Shown here: in pieces, positions 19,179-29,333 of the stretch
Layout: each line of letters opens with the position of its first letter
Position numbering within the stretch: position 1 is the stretch's first letter
The notes under the pieces: model-generated
Seen by the model: only the letters and a program-made list of their open reading frames with translations
Databases searched by the model: none
What the model was told of the DNA's origin: nothing
Virus record (IMG/VR): IMGVR_UViG_3300013126_001527
Coordinates: 26,896 to 90,895 of that record
DNA from: a virus
DNA: 64,000 nt
Reading direction: 5' to 3' (one strand)
Translations under genes and position numbers: made by a program

Positions 19179-20201
19179 ATGTTTTTACAGCAATTATTTG
19201 AAGCAATAGATAAAAGGCATGCGGCATTCTGTTTTGGTCGTATGAATCCACCTACTATAGGCCATGCACAATTAATCAACACCGTAGCTAAAAGTGCTGC
19301 AGGTGGCGATTACTTTATCTTTACTAGCCAAAGTCATGATGCTAAGAAAAATCCCTTAGACTACAGTACAAAAGTTAAATTCCTTAAAGCCCTATTCCCA
19401 GAATCAGCAGGTCATATTGTACAAGATGCCGGTTTAAAAACTATCATACAAGTAGCGCATTGGTTGTATGCTAAAGGTTATCGTAGTGTTACCTTTGTAG
19501 CTGGTAGCGATCGCCTAGCAGACTTTAAAGAGTTGCTAGAGAAATACAACGGAGTACAAGGTCCAAATGGTTTTTATCAATTTGACGCTATTAATTTTGT
19601 TAGTAGTGGGGATCGCGATCCTGACGGAGAAGGATTGGCCGGAGTAAGTGCTAGTGCTGCACGTGCCGCTGCTAAAGCGGGTGATGAACAGGCATTTGCA
19701 CAAGCAACTGGCGCAGGCGAATTAACTAATCAACTATATCATGCTGTACGTAAAGGTATGAACGTAACTAAAGACTTAAATGAATTTGCCACGGATGGTT
19801 TCAACGGTGGTGATGACGAGGGTTTTAGTCCAGCTATAGCAAAAATGGCAGAAGAAGATGGATTTACCAAAGGTGTTGGGCTAGCTGATGTTGCTACACT
19901 AGCACGAGCGATGGCTATAAACGCTTGGGATACGCAACACGGTGGATTGTACAAACAATATTTCGCTAAAGGGTTTAAGGAAGGTCGCTCAAATAAAGTA
20001 CAGCACGACAATAAACGTTATAATCTCAACTTAACAGTAAACAAGGATGGCTCTATCAGTCAAAGCGTAGCAGAAGATGCCAGCGGCTACATTCCAAAGA
20101 ATAAACGAGAAGCCAAAGACCCACGTTGGTCAAATGCGCTCACTGTAGACGTACACCCAGATACACCTCGTAAGAACATGAAGGCACTTGGTTTGATCTA
20201 A
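19179..20201 (+). CDS. HxGH nucleotidyltransferase (cytidylyltransferase/NMNAT-like) with extra C-terminal modules
   Basis: FGRMNPPTIGH, KNPL, VAGSDR, GVSASAAR; leader MFLQQLFE; internal LNE and VAE junctions. Confidence 0.75.
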   Translation: MFLQQLFEAIDKRHAAFCFGRMNPPTIGHAQLINTVAKSAAGGDYFIFTSQSHDAKKNPLDYSTKVKFLKALFPESAGHIVQDAGLKTIIQVAHWLYAKGYRSVTFVAGSDRLADFKELLEKYNGVQGPNGFYQFDAINFVSSGDRDPDGEGLAGVSASAARAAAKAGDEQAFAQATGAGELTNQLYHAVRKGMNVTKDLNEFATDGFNGGDDEGFSPAIAKMAEEDGFTKGVGLADVATLARAMAINAWDTQHGGLYKQYFAKGFKEGRSNKVQHDNKRYNLNLTVNKDGSISQSVAEDASGYIPKNKREAKDPRWSNALTVDVHPDTPRKNMKALGLI

Positions 20202-20539
20202 TGCCGTTTGTAAATTTACAAGTAGAAGTACATTGCCAACAGCCTAACTGGGTTTCTCGTCCCCATAATTTAAAATATCAAAATCCTATATATAGAATTT
20301 ATCTAAATGGTGACTTATTTACTGAACGCACATGGATATGGGATAGTAAAAGGATCTTTATTAGCGAAGATATATGGGCTCAGTTAGGAAAAAATATATC
20401 TTATACAATCAAATTGGTTCCAGTTTTAAAGAATTCCGCTCAGGCTAAATTTAAACTAACCAATTTAGAGGTCAACGACGTTGAAGAGGTAGTATTTGAT
20501 TCTGTCAATGACTGCCAGTTAACATTTAAAATACGATAA
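20201..20539 (+). CDS. Hypothetical protein
   Basis: 112 aa, coupled. Confidence 0.6.
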   Translation: MPFVNLQVEVHCQQPNWVSRPHNLKYQNPIYRIYLNGDLFTERTWIWDSKRIFISEDIWAQLGKNISYTIKLVPVLKNSAQAKFKLTNLEVNDVEEVVFDSVNDCQLTFKIR

Positions 20540-20548
20540 ATAGATTAT

Positions 20549-20707
20549 ATGAAAATCTTTGAAGTAATTACTATTAAAGAAAATGCTAGCATAGGCTCAA
20601 CTGCTTCGGGCGGTGTTGCTACAAGCATGGGCGGCGGTGCTGGTTTTGGTACTAGTATTTTTATGCGCAGAATTCCAAAGAAAACTAAAAAGAGTAAACA
20701 AAAATGA
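20549..20707 (+). CDS. Small probable head-internal peptide (52 aa, not in ORF track)
   Basis: MKIFEVITIKE-NASIGSTASGGVATSMGGG...RRIPKKTKKSKQK; TAAATA 6 nt upstream. Confidence 0.65.
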   Translation: MKIFEVITIKENASIGSTASGGVATSMGGGAGFGTSIFMRRIPKKTKKSKQK

Positions 20708-23619
20708 ATATGAAATCCCTATTAGAAAAGATGATGAAGTTTGCCGGAGAACCTGATCAAACAGCTGGTGATCAAGTGCGCAGTTCCGAAAAGGTCAAAA
20801 AAAGTGGCAAAGACCATCCATTCAAAGGTCGATTAGTTGGCGACAGCATAGAACCGCAGACTAATATGTTAGAAGAACTTAGCCAAGAATCTAAAGACAA
20901 AAACATCGAATGGGCCTTATCAGAGGCATGGGCAGAATTTAAAGAAGCTGCATTTAAAGATACCGCAGAAAAGCGCACTACACGTAAAGGCAGTCGTCCT
21001 AGTCGAGGTCATGAGCCTGTAGCTCGTTATAAAAAAGTAGAAGAAGCCACCCAAGAAGAAATTTGGCAAGGTTGGAAAATTCGCTACGAAACCACGCCTC
21101 AAATTAAAGGACAACCACTACGTTGGATGGTATGGCACACTAAACGAGGCACAGAAAGTGCGCACGAAGGACAGGCAAATACCCCGCAAGAAGCTATCGA
21201 AGCTGCAAAAGCATGGATTCAAAGTGGTGGTAATGCTAAGGAAATCACTACTAGTACAGTAACCATCGACTTTAATGTGAAATTTGCCAACGAAATTGTC
21301 AACGGCAATGATTTTTATGCTAAAATCGTACAAGGACCAACTCTACTAGTTTCAGGTGACGCAAAACCGGGATTCAAACGTAGTCATATTCGTACACAAA
21401 AGAGTAAAGCCACACAAGACACTACGCTATTGCCAATGATTAGCCTGTCAAATTCTGAAGCAACATCTGCAGGATTAAAGGCCCACGGTCGTTATATCTT
21501 AGGCGACACACAACAAATGGAAGATGGTACACTAGCATATCCGTTAATTTATCAAAGCACAGTACAGGCCAAAGGCGATATAATGCGGTTGGGTAAACCT
21601 GGATTGACTGTAGCGATGAACCGAGAAGTTAGTGGCTTAGAAGAAACAGACCAGGGCATCAGTAAAGCTAAGGAAACTGAGTTTCATACTAAATTAGATA
21701 CCCTAGTACACGATACATTTGGTCGCCGTAAAGAAGAAATGAAAGAAGGTTGGGGTCGTGGTCATGACCGCGTTAGCCTACCAGATGAGCCAAGCACATA
21801 TTGGTCAGGTAAAGGCCAACTACAAAAAGAATACGAAGCACTGTACGATCAACTAGTCCCAGCATCAGGTGCGGCAGATACTATTGAAGGTGAAGTACTA
21901 CGTGCGGCCAGTAAGATTGTTTATCGTCACTACAACGATGGTGATGAATTTAATGCTCCAAGTTTTGGCCAACTTGAAGAATTTATTGGCAAGGTTACTA
22001 GTTACGATGACCTAGCACACAAGGCCACAGAATTCGCTCTAAAAGCCAACGGCAACTATCATCCTAACCACGGTTGGGACAGCCTAGACGTTATGGAATA
22101 CGGTCCTGAAGACAACAGTGATGACTATGATGAAGATGACGGCTGGGATGAAGAGGAAGAAGATACTAGCTGGGACCAAGATGACAATGACGAAGATTTA
22201 GATGAAAGCGATAAAGAAGAGTTCAAATCAACTTATAAAAAGTTCAACGACAAAGTTAAACAACAAAAAGAAAAAGGTGTAGCAGAAAGCTACTACAAAT
22301 ATTCTGTAAAAAATCCAGATGGTAAGGGTGGAGTATACCACAAAGCAGAACCTGGTTACACAGACCAAATTATTGCTAAAGATATTGCTAAAGCTAAAAG
22401 AGATAACCCTCGGGCTACTATTCAAGCAACTAAAGATGGTAAACCATTTGACTGGGAAGCTGTATTAGGTGAAGGTATTGTTGATAAAGTTCGTGGTGCT
22501 AATTATAAACGTCTAGCAAAACGTTCATTTGATAAAGCATACGATGCGCATCAAGACTCTATAGACGCACCAAAAACACCAGCAGAAAGAAGATCAGCAC
22601 GTGCTGAATTTAACAAACAATATGACAAAGGTGTTGCTCGTGAAAAACTTGCTAAAGAATTAGGTGAAGGTTGGGAAAGTGGTCCTGAAGAACGTGCCCC
22701 GCGTGAACGTGATCCAGATTGGGAATACGATCAACGTCGCCAAGAGAAGATGGACATTGAAGCTGAGAAAGCTCAAGCACAACGCCCACAAGAACAATAC
22801 TATACTTTAGTAGGTCGTGGTCCTAACTATGAAGCAAACTATGCGTTCCCTGGTGAATATGCTACGCAAGATGAAGCTGTGGCAGCACGTGCTCGTCTAA
22901 TGGCTGATCCTAGTACACCAAACCCACGTGACATAGGTATTAGTAAACGTACACGTTACTTAGACATTAAAGAAGGTCGTGAAACTCCTCTACGTGATAA
23001 AGAAGATTACGCTGCTAAGAAGAAAGCCTTGCAAGACATCCAGTCTGATCCAAGCACAGCGCAAGATTTAGAACTATCAGTAGAAGTTATGCGTAGACTA
23101 GCTGGCTTAAAACAACAGGCTAAAGCTATGGGCCTAGACGAAAGCCGTGCTCACAAGATTTTGGCTCGTAAATTAGCTGACATTGAACGTAAACCTACTG
23201 CTGCCGATACAGACGATGATGCAGCCCGTGCAGAGAAAGCTAAAGCTGATTATGCAAAATATGTAGCTAAGATGAAAAAAGAAAATCCTAATTTTATTCC
23301 TATGTTCAAAATAGATGAATATGGTGCAGATGCTACTACCTCTGCAACTTCGTCAACTATTGATAAAACCAAGGTAAAAGATATAGCGCAGGCAAGCCAA
23401 GCACTAAAGGCCGCAACTGGCAGTACTGCACCTGCACAAAATATTGTAAAAGCAATCGATGCTGCTAGCCAAGGAAAACCAGTTGGACAGCAGGATATGA
23501 AGGCTATAGAACCCCTAATGAAAGACATTGCTACTGTAGCTAGTGCACCTAAATTAGCAGGTCAATTTAGATCTTTAATGCAACAGGTAGATAGAGAACA
23601 AAAACTTCAAGGAAAATAA
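20704..23619 (+). CDS. Modular polyprotein-like probable head-internal protein
   Basis: 971 aa of unrelated short modules separated by VEE, LEE, MKE, LDE, VAE, LGE (x2), IKE, LDE and IDE junctions. Confidence 0.7.
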   Translation: MNMKSLLEKMMKFAGEPDQTAGDQVRSSEKVKKSGKDHPFKGRLVGDSIEPQTNMLEELSQESKDKNIEWALSEAWAEFKEAAFKDTAEKRTTRKGSRPSRGHEPVARYKKVEEATQEEIWQGWKIRYETTPQIKGQPLRWMVWHTKRGTESAHEGQANTPQEAIEAAKAWIQSGGNAKEITTSTVTIDFNVKFANEIVNGNDFYAKIVQGPTLLVSGDAKPGFKRSHIRTQKSKATQDTTLLPMISLSNSEATSAGLKAHGRYILGDTQQMEDGTLAYPLIYQSTVQAKGDIMRLGKPGLTVAMNREVSGLEETDQGISKAKETEFHTKLDTLVHDTFGRRKEEMKEGWGRGHDRVSLPDEPSTYWSGKGQLQKEYEALYDQLVPASGAADTIEGEVLRAASKIVYRHYNDGDEFNAPSFGQLEEFIGKVTSYDDLAHKATEFALKANGNYHPNHGWDSLDVMEYGPEDNSDDYDEDDGWDEEEEDTSWDQDDNDEDLDESDKEEFKSTYKKFNDKVKQQKEKGVAESYYKYSVKNPDGKGGVYHKAEPGYTDQIIAKDIAKAKRDNPRATIQATKDGKPFDWEAVLGEGIVDKVRGANYKRLAKRSFDKAYDAHQDSIDAPKTPAERRSARAEFNKQYDKGVAREKLAKELGEGWESGPEERAPRERDPDWEYDQRRQEKMDIEAEKAQAQRPQEQYYTLVGRGPNYEANYAFPGEYATQDEAVAARARLMADPSTPNPRDIGISKRTRYLDIKEGRETPLRDKEDYAAKKKALQDIQSDPSTAQDLELSVEVMRRLAGLKQQAKAMGLDESRAHKILARKLADIERKPTAADTDDDAARAEKAKADYAKYVAKMKKENPNFIPMFKIDEYGADATTSATSSTIDKTKVKDIAQASQALKAATGSTAPAQNIVKAIDAASQGKPVGQQDMKAIEPLMKDIATVASAPKLAGQFRSLMQQVDREQKLQGK

Positions 23620-23635
23620 CAATAATACGTCAATT

Positions 23636-23668
23636 AAAAAGGGCCCAATTTGGGCCCTTTTGTTTTTT
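23636..23668. terminator. Bidirectional intrinsic terminator
   Basis: AAAAAGGGCCCAA-T-TTGGGCCCTTTTGTTTTTT between convergent genes. Confidence 0.85.
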
Positions 23669-24105
23669 TAATCATCAAAATTTTCTGGTTCTATGGCTTC
23701 TTGTTGTAACTCTCTATCCAATCGTTTGAGATAGGTCTTAGCTGATGTGAGCTTTTTAAACATGCGTGTTGCCCGTTTTTTATTCAAATATAAACAGAAC
23801 ATACCACTTTCATCTTTTTTAACTTCTGCCAGAGTATCACGTTTAAATCCAATATGTACATTATACACCGGATCAGATTGTAATAGTGTGTCAAATCCAA
23901 GAAGTATGCTATCGCCTTTTTGCCCCACTTTAACTAATTTATCATCAAATACCGCACTGATGTTGGCTTTTCGCATGATTAATGCCGCAGTTCGTGGGTC
24001 TTGAACTTGTATATAACCTTGTTCATCGACCCAAAAATCTACACCTTCTTCAAATCCATTAAATGGATCTGATATAAGATCTAATAATTCGTCAATTTGT
24101 GTCAT
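23668..24105 (-). CDS. Hypothetical early protein
   Basis: ORF from ATG at 24105 (MTQIDELL) downstream of a consensus sigma70 promoter. Confidence 0.7.
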   Translation of the reverse strand: MTQIDELLDLISDPFNGFEEGVDFWVDEQGYIQVQDPRTAALIMRKANISAVFDDKLVKVGQKGDSILLGFDTLLQSDPVYNVHIGFKRDTLAEVKKDESGMFCLYLNKKRATRMFKKLTSAKTYLKRLDRELQQEAIEPENFDD

Positions 24106-24143
24106 GATGTAAAATACCCATTGAGTTGTTGATAATAGCAAAC

Positions 24144-24172
24144 ATTATACATTCAAATCTAGAGTTTGTCAA
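24144..24172 (-). promoter_or_regulatory. Consensus sigma70 promoter
   Basis: Reverse strand reads TTGACA-17-TATAAT exactly. Confidence 0.8.
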
Positions 24173-24221
24173 GTCTTTTTGTTTTGATAAATATCATATA
24201 AGCACAAGTATGGACAATATT

Positions 24222-24614
24222 ATGTTATTAACGGAATTCTTTGAAACCTCGGAGGGCAACTCGTATGCAAAGCCTACGACAGCGTCGAGCGTTAAAGAAA
24301 CTAAACGCAAAATTACAGCAAAAAATGATCCCTGCTGGAAGGGTTACCACATGGTGGGCACAAAGTCTAAAGATAGCAAAGAAGTGCCTAACTGCGTTTC
24401 GGGAGAAAAAGGGTCAATGAATGAAACAGCCGATTTGAGTCATATAATTCAAGCACGCCAATTAGCACATCAAGCCATGACAGATACTAGTAAGCGTCAT
24501 GAATATTTTGATTTTATGAAACATTTACGTGACAAACACGGTAAAGAATACAGTATAAAAATCCATCAAAATGCTACTAAATTAGACAGCATCAAAGAAA
24601 GTATCAAGGAATAA
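24222..24614 (+). CDS. Probable head-internal modular protein with CWKGY...PNCV module
   Basis: Likely start MLLTEFFE at 24222 after TAAATA; MNE and IKE junctions. Confidence 0.65.
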   Translation: MLLTEFFETSEGNSYAKPTTASSVKETKRKITAKNDPCWKGYHMVGTKSKDSKEVPNCVSGEKGSMNETADLSHIIQARQLAHQAMTDTSKRHEYFDFMKHLRDKHGKEYSIKIHQNATKLDSIKESIKE

Positions 24615-24617
24615 TAA

Positions 24618-26897
24618 ATGGCAGATTTACAATATATCTACACCGTTGACCGTCCGGGACCAAGAGCATTTACTATGCCTGATGGTTTTGAAGAAACAGT
24701 TGAAGTTCATTTATGGGGTGCAGGTGGTGGTACCGGATATGGGGGTGCACCAGGGGGTGGTGGCGGTTATGTTAAATCTACTTTAACCATACAATCTGGT
24801 GATATCATTGAAATTGGTATCGGATTACAAGGAAGCCCTGCACAAAGTGCAACCGCTGGAGGTGGTGGCGGTAATAGCGGCATTGGTTCTAGATATAGTG
24901 GCGGTATTGGCGGAGGTAGAGGTTACTGGTGCGGTAACTCAGGCGGACCGTTCCCAAGCGGTGGTGGTGGTGGGGCAACTGCCGTATTAGTCAATGGTGT
25001 TGCTCAGGCAGTGGCTGCTGGCGGTGGTGGTGGCGGTGGCTACGGCCACAGAGGTGCCAAATATGCTGGGTTACCGGGTGGTTCATATAGATCGCTCACT
25101 GGAAATACCCAAGGTGGTGCTGCAAGTTATGGTGGCGGTGGTGGTGGTGGATATCTTGGGGGTGCTGCTGGATATAGTTCAGGACATGCTGTAGTTGGTG
25201 GTAGCGGCGGACAAAATTATGGCACTACAGCAGAAGCAGGCAATGGAGCCACGGCTGGCGGTAGAAATACCATATATGCACCGGTTGCATCTTATGGTAA
25301 CTCTGGTTATCACGGATATGCTGTATTGGTGTTTACTAGAAGATTCCAAATTTTTAATAAAGATAGCAGTGAATGGAAACGTGTTTTAAATGCTTGGGTT
25401 AAGACACCGCAAGTGTTTATCCCCGTAACAGTTCCGCACACACCTCAAACAGTTACATTTTCTTCTGAAGGCACACATACATTTACAGTCCCTACTGGAA
25501 TTACGTCAATTAACGTAACTGCCATTGGTGGTGGTGGTGGTGGCGGTGGCGCTGATGGCGCCGCATCGGGCGGATATCCGGGCGGCGGATACCCTGGAAG
25601 TAAAATAGTCACAACATTATCTGTTACCCCCGGACAAACATTAACTATCGTTCCGGGCGGTGGTGGTGGCGCTGGTGTAGGTAGAGCTAGCAGTGCAAGA
25701 CCTGGTAGTGGTGGGGTTGGATATTACCCTGGTGGCCGCGGTGGGTATGCAGGACCTTCTGGTAGCTCTGGAGCAGGTGGTGGTGGCGGTGGCGCAACTG
25801 TAATCCTGTCAGGAGCTTCTCCTGTGTTGGTAGCAGGTGGTGGTGCTGGTGCAGGTGGTTCCGGTAACGGTAACTATGGAGTAGAATCCATTGGGACTTT
25901 TAATTCTAGTACCTCGGGTGCTGCAGGCCAAGACAAGTCCGGTGACGGGGGCGGTGGTGGTGGTGGCGGTGGTGGCTACCCATATGGTGGTGCTGGTGGC
26001 CCAACTCGCAGTGGGGATGCAGGAGCATATTCTGGTACAACTGGACAAAGTTTAGTGCCCGCGGGAGGACAACTAGGCACTGGATCAAACGGCGGCAGTT
26101 ATGCAAGTGGCACGGGCGGACGAGGCAGCGTAGAAATAACATATACACAACCCGATGAAACTATTTTAGTTGAAGAGGGCGGATGGAAAGGAATACAACA
26201 AATATATACAAAACACAACGGTGAGTGGAAACAACTAATTAGTACCGATACAGTAAATGATGGACGTACAGAGAAATTTCTTGTACAAGGATCGTATATA
26301 TGGACAGCACCGGATGATATTATACGTGTTAAAGTATTAGTATACGGTGCTGGCGGTAGTGGTACTGGCGGTGGTGGTGGTGCAGGCGGATATGCTGAAA
26401 AATATCTAACAGTAACTCCTGGAAGTTCGTATAGTGTCGTTGTAGGAGCAGGCGGTATAGGTAGCCAAGATGGGCAATCAAGTAGTTTTAATGCAAATAT
26501 CATAGCCTATGGAGGTTCTGCTGGTACTGCAGCAACTACAGGTACAGATGCAGGTGGTGCTGGTGGCACAGCAACAGGTGGGGACACTAACTTAACTGGT
26601 GCTGCAGGATCTGCCGGTAAGGCGATTTACCACTACTACTATTGGTGGTGGGGTTGGGGTGGTTACTGGGGTTGGGGTGGGTATAATACCTATTCCTATG
26701 GATTTGGTTCATATAACTACGGGTATAATTACAACTACTGGGGCGGTTACTGGGGTTGGGGTTGGCCTCGATCACATTATGCAGGGTATGAATACGGTGT
26801 TCCTGGTGTAGGGTATGACAGTATTGGTAGCGGAGCAGTTGGTCGTGCTGCAGATTCTCCTACTGGAGCAACTGGGGCAGTGTTTGTAATTTATTAA
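24618..26897 (+). CDS. Glycine-rich (polyglycine II) adhesin / receptor-binding protein
   Basis: Three Gly-rich domains each starting with F/W-T-x-P-x-G...V...G(A/G)GG; WK..I..K...W linkers; resembles gp38-type adhesins. Confidence 0.7.
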   Translation: MADLQYIYTVDRPGPRAFTMPDGFEETVEVHLWGAGGGTGYGGAPGGGGGYVKSTLTIQSGDIIEIGIGLQGSPAQSATAGGGGGNSGIGSRYSGGIGGGRGYWCGNSGGPFPSGGGGGATAVLVNGVAQAVAAGGGGGGGYGHRGAKYAGLPGGSYRSLTGNTQGGAASYGGGGGGGYLGGAAGYSSGHAVVGGSGGQNYGTTAEAGNGATAGGRNTIYAPVASYGNSGYHGYAVLVFTRRFQIFNKDSSEWKRVLNAWVKTPQVFIPVTVPHTPQTVTFSSEGTHTFTVPTGITSINVTAIGGGGGGGGADGAASGGYPGGGYPGSKIVTTLSVTPGQTLTIVPGGGGGAGVGRASSARPGSGGVGYYPGGRGGYAGPSGSSGAGGGGGGATVILSGASPVLVAGGGAGAGGSGNGNYGVESIGTFNSSTSGAAGQDKSGDGGGGGGGGGGYPYGGAGGPTRSGDAGAYSGTTGQSLVPAGGQLGTGSNGGSYASGTGGRGSVEITYTQPDETILVEEGGWKGIQQIYTKHNGEWKQLISTDTVNDGRTEKFLVQGSYIWTAPDDIIRVKVLVYGAGGSGTGGGGGAGGYAEKYLTVTPGSSYSVVVGAGGIGSQDGQSSSFNANIIAYGGSAGTAATTGTDAGGAGGTATGGDTNLTGAAGSAGKAIYHYYYWWWGWGGYWGWGGYNTYSYGFGSYNYGYNYNYWGGYWGWGWPRSHYAGYEYGVPGVGYDSIGSGAVGRAADSPTGATGAVFVIY

Positions 26898-26919
26898 AAT
26901 TTTTTAAAAGGTGATTTCA

Positions 26920-27723
26920 ATGAAACGTGTATTATCAATCTTATTACTATTAGTATCGGCGCAGGCCTGGGCATGGACACAGACACCTCCCAAACCTCTA
27001 GCAAGTTGTTCAGCAGAAGCTCCATATGGTTTTCCTATTGCAAGCAAAGCAGGATTGGCACAATGTCGATTGGCATTTGCCACAGTATATGACCCAGCAA
27101 GTAAGTTGCCCATGTGGACAACATGGACTATTACACCAACTGAGGCAATAGGATGTATTCCTCGTACTAACGCATTTGTAGCAGATGAAAGTTTACCAAA
27201 AGATCAACGGGCCACTCCAGACGATTATGCAGGAACAGGGTACGACAAGGGGCATGTAGCCCCCGATGGTGATTTGAGTTTTGACCAGCAGGTAGAATAC
27301 GAAAGTTTCTTAATGACCAATATGATGCCACAAAGCGGTGGATTAAATCGAGGAATTTGGAAACTGTTAGAAACCTATACCAGAGGTTATGCTGTGCAAC
27401 GTAATACTACTGTTACAATTTATGCAGGTCCAATTTACAGTATGAGTAACCCAACCATCGGTAAAAACAAAGTAGTTGTTCCGCACGCTTTTTACAAAAT
27501 ATTAATTGACAACAAAACTAAAGAAGTTCTAGCATTTATATTCCCGCACAAAGGCGGTCAAGGTAATAATCTAGATGTAGCATTGAGCACAGTTACAGAA
27601 ATTGAAAGACAAACTGGTATAAAATTTCCTCTACCCCAAGGTGCAGTATTAAATAAAAAGACTAAGGATTTTCCGGTAGACTTTGGTGCGTTAACCAACG
27701 CCAAACGAGCTAAATGTAAATAA
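26920..27723 (+). CDS. Secreted sugar-non-specific (NucA/EndoG-type) nuclease
   Basis: Signal peptide ending AQAWA; DKGH active-site motif; TNMMPQ, LNRGIW. Confidence 0.88.
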   Translation: MKRVLSILLLLVSAQAWAWTQTPPKPLASCSAEAPYGFPIASKAGLAQCRLAFATVYDPASKLPMWTTWTITPTEAIGCIPRTNAFVADESLPKDQRATPDDYAGTGYDKGHVAPDGDLSFDQQVEYESFLMTNMMPQSGGLNRGIWKLLETYTRGYAVQRNTTVTIYAGPIYSMSNPTIGKNKVVVPHAFYKILIDNKTKEVLAFIFPHKGGQGNNLDVALSTVTEIERQTGIKFPLPQGAVLNKKTKDFPVDFGALTNAKRAKCK

Positions 27724-27738
27724 TCAAGGACAACTAAA

Positions 27739-28188
27739 ATGGTAGACGAAGTATTTGACGACGAAGTGACCACAGTTCCGCAAGAAACTGTACAAATTGA
27801 AGTTCCAGCACCTATAACTACAGCCCCATGGGGATTTCATGCTATAATGGACTGTAATAATGTTGAATTAGACAAAATTCAAAGCGAATCAAATATTAAA
27901 AATTGGCTTAGTGATTTGTTAATTAAAATTGATATGACCCCAATTGGTGATCCAATTGTTACCAAAACTGGTGTAGGTATGCCCGATAAAGAGGGATTTA
28001 CCGCAGTGCAGATTATTGTTACTAGTAACATTATAGCACATTTTATCGACCAAGATCGACACATTTACATTGATGTGTTTAGTTGTAAAGAGTTTAATCC
28101 AACTCTTGTCGAAGAATCAATTAAACAGTTTTTTGGTGCCAACACAGCAATTAAAAAAATATTATTGCCCAGAAACGCGGCTATTTGA
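27739..28188 (+). CDS. S-adenosylmethionine decarboxylase-like proenzyme
   Basis: GFTAVQIIVTSNIIAHF and YIDVFSCKEF match the class I AdoMetDC pattern. Confidence 0.7.
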   Translation: MVDEVFDDEVTTVPQETVQIEVPAPITTAPWGFHAIMDCNNVELDKIQSESNIKNWLSDLLIKIDMTPIGDPIVTKTGVGMPDKEGFTAVQIIVTSNIIAHFIDQDRHIYIDVFSCKEFNPTLVEESIKQFFGANTAIKKILLPRNAAI

Positions 28189-29292
28189 TTTAAAAAATAT
28201 TATTGCAAAATAATATTGAGGATTGACAAACTTAACCCAACTTGGGCCCATAAAAAGGTCTCCCACAGAGTTGGGTATTTTTTTGAATCGTTTGTGATGC
28301 TCATAATGCCAGCTTTGATTAAGAGCTATTGGAAACAACCAAGGGTAATTCCTTTCACCAAATCTAGACAAATACCAATCATGCTGAAAATTTAACACAT
28401 TAACCAAGGTATAAGGTAATAAGAATAAAAATACGACTCCCGATATACCAATGGTCCAGGCTAGTATTATCAAACACAGTATTTTTATCTCTACTAGATA
28501 ATTGGTGGTTTTAGGTTTTCTTATTAGGCTAATATCGTAGTCTTTTAGTCCTGGCACCAATTCTTGCTCAACACGTTTAGTAAATAAGTCTTGTTCAGTT
28601 TTCCAAAGTCGATGATGTGTTTGATGATAACTAACCACCCCATCTTGGTCATGGTGTGTACTAGGCACTAATATCTGAATATATGTTTCTATTAAGAATC
28701 TAACTATTTTATTTTTAGGTATAATGTAACCATGTTCAACGTATTCGTGTCTGATTACATCTGCAGGCATCCACAACAAAAATCCCAAACACAATCCATA
28801 GATAAACAACTGAAGATCAAAAAATGCACAGACTAACAAAAAATAGAATATTAGAGTCTTGTACTCTAGTAAAAAATAAAAATTTTTTAGATTAATTGTA
28901 CTCAGTAACTGATCAACCACACTGTAGTTAAACCGTTTTGCTATAGAAATTTTATGAGTAATTTTTATAAAATCAATATTATTAGTTGGCCATTGGTCAG
29001 CCCCTTGTACCTCAATGCCTGCAGATCGTAAGTTATATTGCAATTTTGCCTCATCTACCAATGTTAGCGATTCCCATGAAAATTTATCAACAGGATTGGA
29101 AATAGATTTAGTTATACTAGTGAGCAGGCTTGTTGGGGTTACTTTGTGAAAAAAATAACTTAATGCTTCACGCAACTCCCATAGTTGACATTCTTCTAAA
29201 GATTTGTTAGTATACGTGTGTTGATTGAACCAGTCTACAAATCGTTCATAGTCCGGTAAATTTTTTTGAATTTCTTGAGTGAATATAGTCAT
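28162..29292 (-). CDS. Membrane fatty-acid desaturase/hydroxylase-like protein with extra N-terminal domain
   Basis: His boxes HEYVEH, HQTHH, HYEHH plus TM helices; TATAAATA on the minus strand at 29300-29307. Confidence 0.6.
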   Translation of the reverse strand: MTIFTQEIQKNLPDYERFVDWFNQHTYTNKSLEECQLWELREALSYFFHKVTPTSLLTSITKSISNPVDKFSWESLTLVDEAKLQYNLRSAGIEVQGADQWPTNNIDFIKITHKISIAKRFNYSVVDQLLSTINLKNFYFLLEYKTLIFYFLLVCAFFDLQLFIYGLCLGFLLWMPADVIRHEYVEHGYIIPKNKIVRFLIETYIQILVPSTHHDQDGVVSYHQTHHRLWKTEQDLFTKRVEQELVPGLKDYDISLIRKPKTTNYLVEIKILCLIILAWTIGISGVVFLFLLPYTLVNVLNFQHDWYLSRFGERNYPWLFPIALNQSWHYEHHKRFKKIPNSVGDLFMGPSWVKFVNPQYYFAIIFFKSNSRVSGQ

Positions 29293-29333
29293 TTCCAATT
29301 ATTTATAACATACATTTTACGCTAAATACATAA

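Noticed and set aside
24618-26897. Diversity-generating retroelement target or microsatellite in the adhesin
   Set aside because: There is no reverse transcriptase and no template/variable repeat pair in the window; the GGT runs simply encode polyglycine.
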